Source: a virus | Lineage: Duplodnaviria; Caudoviricetes | Direction: 5' to 3' (one strand) | IMG/VR virus record: IMGVR_UViG_3300037249_001405 | Span: 32,001 to 96,000 of that record | DNA length: 64,000 nucleotides | Shown here: piece by piece, positions 39,560-49,530 of the stretch | Position numbering within the stretch: the first letter of the stretch is position 1 | Layout: the number at the start of each line of letters is the position of its first letter | The notes under the pieces: model-generated | The model's input: the letters and a program-made list of their open reading frames with translations, nothing else | Told to the model about the DNA's origin: nothing | Database searches by the model: none | Program-made: the position numbers and the translations under genes

Positions 39560-41608
39560 CTACTTTAAGCCTTTAATAAAATATCCTAATTCTCTTTTCT
39601 TTGTTACGGGATTGGTTAATCGTTGATTATCTACAGCAAAATAATTCTGTATATCAGCAGCTTTTGGTGCTGAGTTATAACCAACCCTCTGATAAATGTT
39701 TCTTAACTTTTCCTTTATTGAGGATAGTGTATAGAAAGTGTTTAATTGGAATTCTTTTTGAATCTCTGTTTTAACATCACCCGATTCAATCATTCTTATT
39801 TTATTAAGTTCATCCATTAATAAACCTTTCTGATAACCGAGGGATTTTATTTTATCGATTCCCAATCTATTCAAACAATTTCTATACTCAACAGGAACAA
39901 AACTTATAAAGTAACTATTGTACTTCTGATAAATTGATGGCTCTCTCGTGATAAACTCATAGAATAATTTCATTCTTCTGACAAAATTACCATCCTGTTC
40001 AAATTCCTCTTTGAATCTGGAAATTGCTTCTACATCTGAAGTTACTTCTATGGGAATGTTTAATGGATCTGGTCCAATTTTTCTTATAAAAACATTCTCC
40101 TGATAATCAGGTCTTGTTATCTCCCAAGCTCGTAACTCAGATAATCTCACTAAAACATTTTCCACAACAGAATTAGATTTTTTAGAGAATGAAGCATAAT
40201 CGTTTTTATACCTCTTGCTTTTAGTCCATGTTAGCATAAATTCCGAAGCTAATGTTGGATCTATCTTATTAAAATTTTCTATAATCTTTTGAGTCTGTGC
40301 CCGCATTGATTTTACATGTTCATCAAAACTTGCTTGATCCATATAAAATCCATCAGATCTTTTATGATAGAAAAACATTATCTCGTTTCTAAAAACATTT
40401 TCTGGTGATCTTTGCCTACCAATAATTTGTGGAAGATCTAATGAAATATCTACAGTTAATGATTGTTTATTTAAATCAGAAAATATAAAAGTCATAGCAT
40501 TATCAGAATAAAAGTCTGCACCTATATAAGAAGTTCTTGTACAGAATGTAAACATTTTATTTTGTGACTTATCAATAGGAACAGTACCTATTGAATAACC
40601 AATCTTCTTTAATCTTTTCTTATTAAATTCACTATTAGCACAGAGAATATTAACTTTATCTGGACTTAGTTTAGTTTTCTTTAATACATCACATATTACA
40701 TTTACTGAATTAACAAAGAAAACCGCTTCTTTGGACACATGTTCTACTCCATCTAAAGTTACTTTTGTTGGGAAAATATTATTTATATAGTTATTTATTA
40801 TATTAATAATATCTCCTCTTATAGATTCCGTTAGTCTTCTCGTTAAATTAACAGGTTCTATTAAGGATTTATCCCAGATTAGTTTATATATAGTCATATC
40901 TTTAAAAAAATCCAATTTATCCAAATATCTCTCCATCATAGGAGTAGCTGATATGAACAAGAATTTATTTAAAGGTAGACTACTCATTACTTCCAATACA
41001 CTTAGTTCTACTTCCGGTTTGAATGTACTATCAGTAAAAATAGACTGAAATTCATCCACAACTATAGTAAATCTTGATATATCAACTCCTAAAGCATCTA
41101 CAACATGCTTAAAAGAATCATAAGTTACTATAATTTTAGGTACAAAATTGGGATCATTGGAATTAATTGATAACCATTGTCTTAAATCAGATTTTAATTG
41201 GAAGAGATAAATAGGTAATGATGACTTTTTATCCTTTATAACTAACTGTTTATTAGATACTAACTCTTTTTCTAATTCAATAAAACTTAAATTAGTTTCT
41301 TCTTCCTGAGTTATTTTAAGAGTAGTATCAGGTTCTTCATCATAACCTAAACATACTTCCTTTTCATTCTTAAAATAAAATAATGGTCTACCTCTCTGCG
41401 AGAGGTTGTGTTGATCTGCTTTATTATCCAATAATACTCTTCTTGGACTTAATAGTATTATTGGTTCATTATTGTTTAAACAGAATTCTGTCAAACCACA
41501 ACCACATACTGTTTTATCAATAATACAACTTATGGTTGGTAAGTTAAATCCTACCCAATCACTAATGAATTTTGTTCCTTGCGGAACGTTTACTTCTATT
41601 ACTTTCAT
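39560..41608 (-). CDS. Superfamily-2-like helicase (possibly replication/origin-binding)
   Basis: Variant Walker A KTVCGCGLT, IVVDEFQ, FISATP, YIGADF, QIIGRQR. Confidence 0.75.
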   Translation of the reverse strand: MKVIEVNVPQGTKFISDWVGFNLPTISCIIDKTVCGCGLTEFCLNNNEPIILLSPRRVLLDNKADQHNLSQRGRPLFYFKNEKEVCLGYDEEPDTTLKITQEEETNLSFIELEKELVSNKQLVIKDKKSSLPIYLFQLKSDLRQWLSINSNDPNFVPKIIVTYDSFKHVVDALGVDISRFTIVVDEFQSIFTDSTFKPEVELSVLEVMSSLPLNKFLFISATPMMERYLDKLDFFKDMTIYKLIWDKSLIEPVNLTRRLTESIRGDIINIINNYINNIFPTKVTLDGVEHVSKEAVFFVNSVNVICDVLKKTKLSPDKVNILCANSEFNKKRLKKIGYSIGTVPIDKSQNKMFTFCTRTSYIGADFYSDNAMTFIFSDLNKQSLTVDISLDLPQIIGRQRSPENVFRNEIMFFYHKRSDGFYMDQASFDEHVKSMRAQTQKIIENFNKIDPTLASEFMLTWTKSKRYKNDYASFSKKSNSVVENVLVRLSELRAWEITRPDYQENVFIRKIGPDPLNIPIEVTSDVEAISRFKEEFEQDGNFVRRMKLFYEFITREPSIYQKYNSYFISFVPVEYRNCLNRLGIDKIKSLGYQKGLLMDELNKIRMIESGDVKTEIQKEFQLNTFYTLSSIKEKLRNIYQRVGYNSAPKAADIQNYFAVDNQRLTNPVTKKRELGYFIKGLK

Positions 41609-42057
41609 ATTATATGGTGTTTTTTATTTGTCATAAAAAATTAAGTGGTCTTACCTAAGGATCAGAGAATCTATACTACCTGTCACTTTTTTTTAAAAGT
41701 TGCCTCTTATAGTATAAAACGGAAAAATAGGTAAAAAATATGACATCTATAAGGTTATTGATATATTAAAACAGAGAACCGTTAGGTTCGTTAATATAAA
41801 AATTTCAAAATTCAAAGCATACAATTACAATAATTGAAAGAAACGAATTTGGGTTAAATCCTCAGATTCCTTGGTAGGACTCGGGGCATAAAAATCGATA
41901 TAATAAGATATAGGTATATTTCAAGTTAAAGATATTTTTAGAGGGACATATAGTTCCGCTTTTTGCCGTTTTCTGCCATTTTGTCACTTTTTTCAATTCC
42001 GTAAAATCCTAATGTCTGAAAAGAAAGTAAAAAAAAAAACACATTAATATAGATATT

Positions 42058-42573
42058 ATGGAAAATATATTGAAAATTACTGCAATAAAATCTAATGGTA
42101 ATCTCTACAAATCCCGATATGGGAAAGACGATAAAGATCTTGAACGAAGAGTTCCTAAAGAGGATTTAGAGTATGGAAATAACTGGTATCTACACGGTGA
42201 ACTTGAGAAAAAGATAGGGTTCGATAGAGGTTTTATTACGAATCTTACATCTTTTGGACATTGTGAAAGATACCTTAATAAGTGTTATTTGGTTGATAGT
42301 ATAGGTATAGGTCATAAAGCGACTCTCGATAAGAATAAAGTCTGTTTTAATAGACTGAAACTAAATGGGATAGTACCTGTAGACGTAGAAGGTATTAGAG
42401 AACGCTGTTTGGGGTTTTTCTGGACAGTTGACGAAGAACATTTCGATTTTTTCTATGATGGTAGACGAAATTGGACTAAATGGGATCAGAAAGGTTTAAT
42501 AATACTCGAAAGTGATAAAGAAGCTTTTGATCCTTGTTATGAGCTCTATTTTTCTAAATCTTATTTTATTTAA
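42058..42573 (+). CDS. Hypothetical protein
   Basis: 171 aa; promoter motif at about 42003-42019. Confidence 0.7.
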   Translation: MENILKITAIKSNGNLYKSRYGKDDKDLERRVPKEDLEYGNNWYLHGELEKKIGFDRGFITNLTSFGHCERYLNKCYLVDSIGIGHKATLDKNKVCFNRLKLNGIVPVDVEGIRERCLGFFWTVDEEHFDFFYDGRRNWTKWDQKGLIILESDKEAFDPCYELYFSKSYFI

Positions 42574-42574
42574 A

Positions 42575-43198
42575 ATGATAAATCCTTTAGAAACAGAATA
42601 CAGTGGAGTAGAAGATTCGCTTTTTGATAAACAGCTTTCTCTTTGGTATAATATACTAGAAGAAGAACGAAAAAAGCTCCCAGATTTTAATAATAGGGAT
42701 AAAATGGAGTGTTATAATAGATTATTTTATGCACAATCTATATATAATAACTCAAAAATCTTCTATACAATGCATACAGCACATCTGGATTTGTATATTA
42801 GTACTATACTTCATGCTCGTTATCCAGGTGATAGTTTCAGTTATTTCAATGTTCATTACGACTCAGAGCTGAGGGATTATGTTATTGAAAGAGTAGGTAA
42901 AAATACTCTTAAGAGATTCTTTAATACTATAAATGGGTATGTTTTACCTGTATCCGATGGTTACTATGAAAGTTTCTTATGGAAAAGGCAGGTAATTTAT
43001 AATAAAATGAGAAATAATTTCAAGATGAGACATAAAGTATGTTCGAAATTATTTGGAAATAAGCTTGGAAATTTTTTAAGCAAGGCTATTACGTATGCTG
43101 AAGTCTTTGTTAGAACTAAGCTAACTAATATACCCTGGTATCAAAAAGTTTCCTGGAAAAGATCTATTAATTTTGTATTTAATTTTAATGCAAAATGA
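42575..43198 (+). CDS. Hypothetical protein
   Basis: Start moved to MINPLE (42575), 1 nt after the previous stop. Confidence 0.7.
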   Translation: MINPLETEYSGVEDSLFDKQLSLWYNILEEERKKLPDFNNRDKMECYNRLFYAQSIYNNSKIFYTMHTAHLDLYISTILHARYPGDSFSYFNVHYDSELRDYVIERVGKNTLKRFFNTINGYVLPVSDGYYESFLWKRQVIYNKMRNNFKMRHKVCSKLFGNKLGNFLSKAITYAEVFVRTKLTNIPWYQKVSWKRSINFVFNFNAK

Positions 43199-43668
43199 TA
43201 ACCCTTAATAAAAATTCTAAAATAAAATCATTATCTGATGATTTTTTTAAGAATATAAAAAGAGTGGGTGATTCTGATATTATATATTATGATGGTCCAC
43301 TTTTATCATTGTATAAACTGGACGATAAATATTATCTATTCTACTGGGCTGATGTCACAGAAAATAGACAATACAATACTTGGATTGTTATATCCGACAA
43401 TGATAACAAGAAGTTATTGACTCATATCATAAATTTCATGGAAAATTTATGTTCTTTAAATGAGATAATGCTTTTTCCTAGTAGACAAATATATTTGGTA
43501 GATATAGATCACAATTTAAATTATCATAACACCGTTATGATAAATAATGTTTTATCTTTACCAGAAGTTTATATTCCATCAGAAAAATATTCATTTTTTG
43601 ATGAAAAATTATCTGACTCTGGTAAGGATTACGTAAACTACCTTAAAGAGTTAGTTAAAAAGGCCTAG
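43195..43668 (+). CDS. Hypothetical protein (DUF6575-like)
   Basis: YYDGPLLSL...YLFYW.D...W pattern; family recalled, not searched. Confidence 0.55.
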   Translation: MITLNKNSKIKSLSDDFFKNIKRVGDSDIIYYDGPLLSLYKLDDKYYLFYWADVTENRQYNTWIVISDNDNKKLLTHIINFMENLCSLNEIMLFPSRQIYLVDIDHNLNYHNTVMINNVLSLPEVYIPSEKYSFFDEKLSDSGKDYVNYLKELVKKA

Positions 43669-43671
43669 CCT

Positions 43672-43764
43672 CAAACCCTTCTTATTGAAGAGGTGTATCA
43701 GAGTAAATCTCTTACACCTCTTCATTTATTTTTCGTGATATTATTAACAATAAAAACTAATAAA
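43672..43764 (+). promoter_or_regulatory. Promoter-hairpin leader cassette, copy 4
   Basis: CAAACCCTTC-N4-TGA, GAAGAGGTGTA/TACACCTCTTC, then TTATTTTTCGTGAT. Confidence 0.7.
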
Positions 43765-44271
43765 ATGAATGAATGGACCGGAGAACTACCGGATTTCTTG
43801 AAAGGATATCAGCCATCTCCTTTTATCGAAAAGAGAATACGAGAGGAGATAAATGCTGGAAGATTTGATAGGGCAAATAAATTGATCTTGTTATCTGCTT
43901 TTTATTCTGGTTACGTGAAAACACCAGAACCCGAACAGCAAGATCAAAGCGACGATTATGATTATAATAATTGCATCAATTACTATGATCTAATTTACAA
44001 AAAAGAAATAGATCGTTTTATTTCTTACGAAGGAGATAAAACATGGTTAGTTACCGCTTCAAATGGAAAAATAGATTTGAATACTGAAGATCCAAAAGAG
44101 GTTGAGATTATTAATGATGACGTGAAAGACGGATATATTGATGTTCGTCGTAAAAACAGAATTAAGAAACTCTCTAAGATTTTTGGTAGAAAAGTTGGTA
44201 AAGTTATTAGTAACTTTATTACTTTCATTGAAAGGTCACTATTTAAAGATTATAGAAAAAGCAATGAATAG
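43765..44271 (+). CDS. Hypothetical protein
   Basis: Start moved to MNEW (43765); C-terminus resembles that of 42575-43198 (KIFGRKVG..IS..IT..E). Confidence 0.7.
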   Translation: MNEWTGELPDFLKGYQPSPFIEKRIREEINAGRFDRANKLILLSAFYSGYVKTPEPEQQDQSDDYDYNNCINYYDLIYKKEIDRFISYEGDKTWLVTASNGKIDLNTEDPKEVEIINDDVKDGYIDVRRKNRIKKLSKIFGRKVGKVISNFITFIERSLFKDYRKSNE

Positions 44272-45433
44272 AACCGTAGAAATAAAAAATGCTGGTTTAA
44301 TTAAATCAGCTAAAATTGATATTAAGAAAATAAATATCATAATCGGAAGTTGTATGAAATCAGAGGTAATGCAACTTCTCTACAGACTATTATATCTCGA
44401 AAAAAAGATATGTAGCATTTATAGTTTAAATGAAGATTGTACAAATGATAATGCAATTTCATTTATTTCTACTGAATTAAGGAATAACTATTCTCATTTT
44501 CTTCAGTTAATACAGAGTCCGCTGAAAATAAAATCAGATGGATATATAAAATATACATCAGATTGGTTGGAATATACTATTTACCAAGATAAGATTGAGA
44601 TAGATAGATTTAAGTGGGATTTAGATTTACCTGATTATCTTTGGTATAATTCTGATCCGTATTTTTCAATTGATAGAGACAAGACTCTCGATCCTAAATT
44701 TCCAACTGAATGGTTGGATATTGAGGAACCATCTTTTGCTTTTGAGAAAAGAATGCAGAGTATTGTTTCTGAGATTGTTGAATTAGCTCCACCAAGCGAG
44801 GAGAATTATATAAGAATAATGTCCTTGAGAGATCATGGATATTCGAGTCTTTTTCTTGTAAAAGAAAAAGATGATTTGAGACAATTTTTGCTTCAAGTTA
44901 TAAAGTATCCAGAAGAGAAAGAAAGTGTAAAGGACTACACTTTAAACGGAGAATTTCGTTTAGAACAACAATTACCACACCAACTTCTACCCTTGAAGAG
45001 TGATGGTTTGAGATATTTAATTCCAATTGTTTTGACGATAGAGAAGAGAATATCTGATGAAATTGTTGACTCGGTCTTTATAGAAGAGCCAGAATTGGGA
45101 TTATTTCCTCCAATTGCAAATCTATTAATTAAAAATTTAATAGACGACATCACACTTAGAGAGAGTGAATCTAAAGATCCTGAAGATGTTGAGCTAAACT
45201 GGAGGCCTACGCTATTTATGACTACTAATTCTGAACTAGTTATAAATAGTGTATTAGAGGATTCTGGTACTGAATTAACAAAATTACCTAAAGGTTCCGT
45301 TAATATTGTAACCATACAAAGGGATGAAACAGCACCGTTAGACTTTTTATGTAATTCAATATCGGAAGAGTCCATTGATGATATTTACAATAATGGACTA
45401 GATTGTTTTTATAACATAAATTCTCTTGACTGA
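44264..45433 (+). CDS. Degenerate ABC-type (AAA_15/AAA_21-like) ATPase
   Basis: IKNAGLIKSAKI...INIIIG start, SDG signature and FIEEPELGLFP; Walker A reads GSCMKS and H-loop reads TTNS. Confidence 0.7.
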   Translation: MNRTVEIKNAGLIKSAKIDIKKINIIIGSCMKSEVMQLLYRLLYLEKKICSIYSLNEDCTNDNAISFISTELRNNYSHFLQLIQSPLKIKSDGYIKYTSDWLEYTIYQDKIEIDRFKWDLDLPDYLWYNSDPYFSIDRDKTLDPKFPTEWLDIEEPSFAFEKRMQSIVSEIVELAPPSEENYIRIMSLRDHGYSSLFLVKEKDDLRQFLLQVIKYPEEKESVKDYTLNGEFRLEQQLPHQLLPLKSDGLRYLIPIVLTIEKRISDEIVDSVFIEEPELGLFPPIANLLIKNLIDDITLRESESKDPEDVELNWRPTLFMTTNSELVINSVLEDSGTELTKLPKGSVNIVTIQRDETAPLDFLCNSISEESIDDIYNNGLDCFYNINSLD

Positions 45434-45435
45434 AA

Positions 45436-45801
45436 ATGGAAGATTTTGATATATATGATGATGCAACACCCGATAAGCCTTTTATAATTGATTATCAAAG
45501 CAGGGTGTGGGGAGGGGAAGAGGTTCCCGGTGATAAACCAATTGAAGTAGATCCCATAAAGCTAAATACCGAGTGGATTAAAGCGGTAGACAGGACTAAA
45601 GATTCTATCTCATTTATGTCTTATATAAGAGATAATCTTATGAAGTGTATTAATGGACAGTTTCCTGGGTACGATCCAGGTCAACTCCCCTCATATATGC
45701 TCATCAAGAAGTCGTTCAGGACTCATCATCCAAGTGGGGAAGTTTTTTCTAAATTATCAAAACGGTATCCAATTCAACCGGATACTGATTCAAAAGACTA
45801 A
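45436..45801 (+). CDS. Hypothetical protein
   Basis: 121 aa ORF in operon. Confidence 0.65.
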   Translation: MEDFDIYDDATPDKPFIIDYQSRVWGGEEVPGDKPIEVDPIKLNTEWIKAVDRTKDSISFMSYIRDNLMKCINGQFPGYDPGQLPSYMLIKKSFRTHHPSGEVFSKLSKRYPIQPDTDSKD

Positions 45802-45899
45802 AACTCTTAAAGATGAAGAAGATATAAACTCGATTTATATCTTCTTCTTTTATTTTTCATGATATTAATTAACAATTATTTTTAAATTAAATTATTATT
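45800..45899 (+). promoter_or_regulatory. Promoter-hairpin leader cassette, copy 5
   Basis: AAAACTCTTA-N4-TGA, GAAGAAGATATAAA/TTTATATCTTCTTC, then TTATTTTTCATGAT. Confidence 0.75.
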
Positions 45900-48674
45900 A
45901 TGGCAACAGATCTTTTTACGAAGGTTCGCGACAGAGTCAATGCGAACTTTCAAGAAATGGTCAGCCGAGGTGATGCTATTTTCATGGCACCTCCGGCTGG
46001 AGAGAAACTTTTTGTAAGTTATCTCAACGCATTCGGTGGTCTCGTACCGACGAATCGTTCCCTGATTTTCAGAGGCTACAACACCCATGCTTGCATGGCG
46101 TGTAGCAAATTTATCAACCATTTCGGCTTTATAACCTCTTTGGAAAAGACCGATAATGGTTTTACGAGGCATACTCTCTGGGAGAATATGTCTTTTACAA
46201 CAGGAACCGAGTATGAAGCTCCGATATCGACCCTTGACAAAATAGTTAGGGAGTCGAATATCCAGTCATACTTCAAGCCCTCCGAAGGTTGGCTTCAGAA
46301 GGATGACATAAAGGCCACAAGAACAAAGGCCGGAAATTACGTAATTGGCACGCCAGAGGAGAATCTCCTTGATCACTTCGATGGTGATACCTCTAAGTAT
46401 TTCCGCCATTATGTTGATGGTCATGAGGGTAAAGTTACACCGCTTCGTCTCACTGACAAGGGTGAACTTGAACTCGACATAACCGGTGAGAAAATCCAGG
46501 CTATAGTTAAAAGAAGTGATACTGAAGAATACACCTTCCAGCACTTTTACATCAACGTACCGAAAAGTTACGTTGTTGCTGGTAAGGATGCTTCATGGAC
46601 AACGGAACTTCACAACGCTTATTCATCGCATATCAATGCGATGAAAGAGGTGTTCGGTTCTGATAAGCAACTTGTTACCAAGGATGCTTGGGACAAAATG
46701 GAAGAACTTTTCAATGAGAAGCGTTTGCTTCTTAAGGATGAAAAGCTCTGGCTTGTAGAGCTAGGCAAGAAGGTATTCAATGAGACTCGGGATTTGACTC
46801 CTGAGCAATTGAATGACTACTTGAACTACCTTTGCTTCCAGTGTACGTGTACCGTAGATGAGTATGGTAGAACGAAAGCATCTTTCATAGGCATAAAGAA
46901 AGACGTTATTTTCGGTGGCTTCTTGCAGCCTTATTCAGGAACCGGAATGATTCGGGAAAAGGATGAGGATGGCAACGACATCGAAATAGAAGGTTCGAAA
47001 ATGAAGGGTAACGAGTTGTATGCAATAGCTCGTTACAATACAATGGCTGATCCAGCCAACCGTGGGATGAAGTCGGAAAAGGCTCTTACCGCTATGGACA
47101 TCTTCAACTTTGAGAAAGGGTTGAAAGATGGTGACTGGGAGAAGTCACTTCACCGCCGTTTTGCATCAAAAGAAGATATCGATAAATCTGAGATCTTCTA
47201 CGATGCAGAAAAAGAGTCTGAATCTGGTACTGTGCTTGACTCAAACAAGTCAACCGCATTTAAGCTGTTTGAGGAAATGAAGCAATTTAAACCTAGTCTG
47301 GTTAGCAAAACTGTAACAGGCAATGGTAGTAGCTTCATTCCGTTTAATCAGTTCGACGAGTGTGAGACAATCACAATCGAACAATTGTTTAAGGATAAAA
47401 TGCCCAAGAGCAAGAACATGAATATTTTCTTGACCTCTCTTCATGAAGGTAATGTGGCTATTTTGACCACAGCCGATGACCCGAAGGCGAAGAATATTCT
47501 CAGGTGGAACAATCCTTTCGCTATTGTAACGAAGGATGGTACATCTTATAAATCTTCAAAGCTTGTTCAGAAAGCTGCGATGAGTGGTTCGTATGTTTAC
47601 GCCCCATTCTCCTTCTCAGTTTTATGGCACACAAACTGTGACTGGGATGGTCACGTAAGAGAATATGGACCAAACGGAAGCTTCCATCTCTACTACGCCT
47701 CTTCATCAGGTAGAGGCAGAACCCGTATTGATCTACTGAATCAGTTGCGTTTACGCGGAGGGTTCAAGACACCTTCTGGTACATATTACTCCTATAAAGA
47801 GTACGTACAGAAGTGTGTTGCAAATGGACAAATGGATGAACTTAATCAGATGATGTCTGATTGGTTTGAAGTCTGTCCTAAATCACCCACCAAATGGGTT
47901 CAGGACCAAGACCGTACTGAAAACATGGCAGGAGAGGAACTCGTCGTAGAGAACTTCTTCAACCTCAATTCAACGGACACAATACCTGAAGGAACACTTT
48001 ATATCTTCTTTGCTAATGTCTATAATGACAACGGCAATTATCCAGATAATATAAAGGCTCAAATTACCATTAATGGTAAAACCACTGAGTTCGAATCTAA
48101 TGGTGATTTCCGGGACGGTAATAATGTTATTGTTGCCGCAGTAATTGCGGAAGGCAATAACAAATTCAAGCTCATCACCGGTAATGAGTTATTGTCTGAT
48201 ACTAAGTATGAAATAAAAGGTATGGGCAATAGAACAATTAAGTCTTTGCTCCCAAGCTATGTAAAAATAGCAGAAGTAACAAAGACTACAACACCTGAAG
48301 ACTCTCGAGTTATATGGGGTTGTCCATGTGGTACTTTCTATCCTGTGGAGGCAGCGTTTAAATCGCCTAACCACTGGCAGAAGCCTACAGTAGGTGATTT
48401 GAGTTATTTCTTCGCAATTCAGAATATGAGATGCGATCAAGAAATAAAATCTTACACCCAGGATTCACTCTCCAAAGAGTTCACACTCTCGCTTGGAAAG
48501 CGATTCACTCAGTATCTGGCTACGTTACCGTCTATGGTATTGAAAGCAGATCCTAATCAACCTCAATTGGCCGGCTTGGTTTACAACACTGCAGCATCTG
48601 ATGTTGCTGTTGTAAAGTTGGGTATGCCAGATGGCAGCGATAAAGTTTACAGGGTTACCTTCGGTAACGTGTAG
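45900..48674 (+). CDS. Large phage protein of unknown function
   Basis: 924 aa; HACMACSKFI (CxxC), CDWDGH, SPNHW...YFF; codon usage appears more GC-rich than neighbours. Confidence 0.8.
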   Translation: MATDLFTKVRDRVNANFQEMVSRGDAIFMAPPAGEKLFVSYLNAFGGLVPTNRSLIFRGYNTHACMACSKFINHFGFITSLEKTDNGFTRHTLWENMSFTTGTEYEAPISTLDKIVRESNIQSYFKPSEGWLQKDDIKATRTKAGNYVIGTPEENLLDHFDGDTSKYFRHYVDGHEGKVTPLRLTDKGELELDITGEKIQAIVKRSDTEEYTFQHFYINVPKSYVVAGKDASWTTELHNAYSSHINAMKEVFGSDKQLVTKDAWDKMEELFNEKRLLLKDEKLWLVELGKKVFNETRDLTPEQLNDYLNYLCFQCTCTVDEYGRTKASFIGIKKDVIFGGFLQPYSGTGMIREKDEDGNDIEIEGSKMKGNELYAIARYNTMADPANRGMKSEKALTAMDIFNFEKGLKDGDWEKSLHRRFASKEDIDKSEIFYDAEKESESGTVLDSNKSTAFKLFEEMKQFKPSLVSKTVTGNGSSFIPFNQFDECETITIEQLFKDKMPKSKNMNIFLTSLHEGNVAILTTADDPKAKNILRWNNPFAIVTKDGTSYKSSKLVQKAAMSGSYVYAPFSFSVLWHTNCDWDGHVREYGPNGSFHLYYASSSGRGRTRIDLLNQLRLRGGFKTPSGTYYSYKEYVQKCVANGQMDELNQMMSDWFEVCPKSPTKWVQDQDRTENMAGEELVVENFFNLNSTDTIPEGTLYIFFANVYNDNGNYPDNIKAQITINGKTTEFESNGDFRDGNNVIVAAVIAEGNNKFKLITGNELLSDTKYEIKGMGNRTIKSLLPSYVKIAEVTKTTTPEDSRVIWGCPCGTFYPVEAAFKSPNHWQKPTVGDLSYFFAIQNMRCDQEIKSYTQDSLSKEFTLSLGKRFTQYLATLPSMVLKADPNQPQLAGLVYNTAASDVAVVKLGMPDGSDKVYRVTFGNV

Positions 48675-48767
48675 ACTTTTAATAATAAAAAAAAAACAGA
48701 TAGGGGCTATCTAAAAGCTTGATAGCCTCTATTTTGATATAAAAAACTATAAAAAATATACACAAAA

Positions 48768-49361
48768 ATGGAAAGAACTGAAAAAAACCTTCAGCGCCTC
48801 ACGGCGCTTGCATCACAAAATGTAATTGCAGCTGCAGAGTTTGCAGGTCTCCTATTTAGGGGTATTGACAACGAATGTCTTACCTTTAAAATGGCAGATC
48901 TTTGGAAATATGCTCGTAAGGCATCTTATGAGCCTATTGAGGAAAACAAGGTTGGCGCTAACACGTCAATCCTCGCAAAACTTCTCAAGCAGGAGAAGGC
49001 AATTCTTGACAAAATGAATTGTCAACCCGCTGAGAACAACGATAATGATGACCTTGAGGGTTTTGTAATTATCAACAATACCAACAAGAAAGTTACAGTT
49101 GAGGATCTCCAGAAAGCCTTTGAATTGAAGGAACAGGAGCTTCGAGTTTCTGTACTTCAATGGCTTAAGTCTTGGGTTATACCTTACAAAACTCAGGAAC
49201 GTCAAGAGATTGATAATGCTGAGAAGGCAGCTCAGGAGAAAATCTCTAAGCAGATTCGTAAAGATCGTCTTCTCGCCGAGAAGGAGAGAAGGGATGCTGC
49301 GAAAGATATGGCATTGACTGACGAGGAGTTGGACAAAGCTCTCGCAGAGTGTGATGAGTAA
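48768..49361 (+). CDS. Hypothetical coiled-coil protein
   Basis: 197 aa with a charged helical C-terminus. Confidence 0.75.
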   Translation: MERTEKNLQRLTALASQNVIAAAEFAGLLFRGIDNECLTFKMADLWKYARKASYEPIEENKVGANTSILAKLLKQEKAILDKMNCQPAENNDNDDLEGFVIINNTNKKVTVEDLQKAFELKEQELRVSVLQWLKSWVIPYKTQERQEIDNAEKAAQEKISKQIRKDRLLAEKERRDAAKDMALTDEELDKALAECDE

Positions 49362-49437
49362 TATCACCGCATAATAAAATATACCTAACTAATAACAAAA
49401 AAAAATTAGTTAGGTATATTTACTTTTTATTCCGTTT

Positions 49438-49530
49438 GAAAACCTTATCTTGGAGGAGATATAAACAGAATAAGTTTATATTTCTCTTTTATTTTTCTAG
49501 ATAATTTAACTTTTTAATTTATTTTTTATT
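49438..49530 (+). promoter_or_regulatory. Promoter-hairpin leader cassette, copy 6
   Basis: GAAAACCTTA-N4-GGA, GAGATATAAAC/GTTTATATTTC, then TTATTTTTCTAGAT. Confidence 0.7.

Noticed and set aside
43195-44271. TAG read-through fusing 43195-43668 to the in-frame downstream ORF
   Set aside because: The intervening DNA is a promoter-hairpin cassette found five more times; the shared frame is likely chance.
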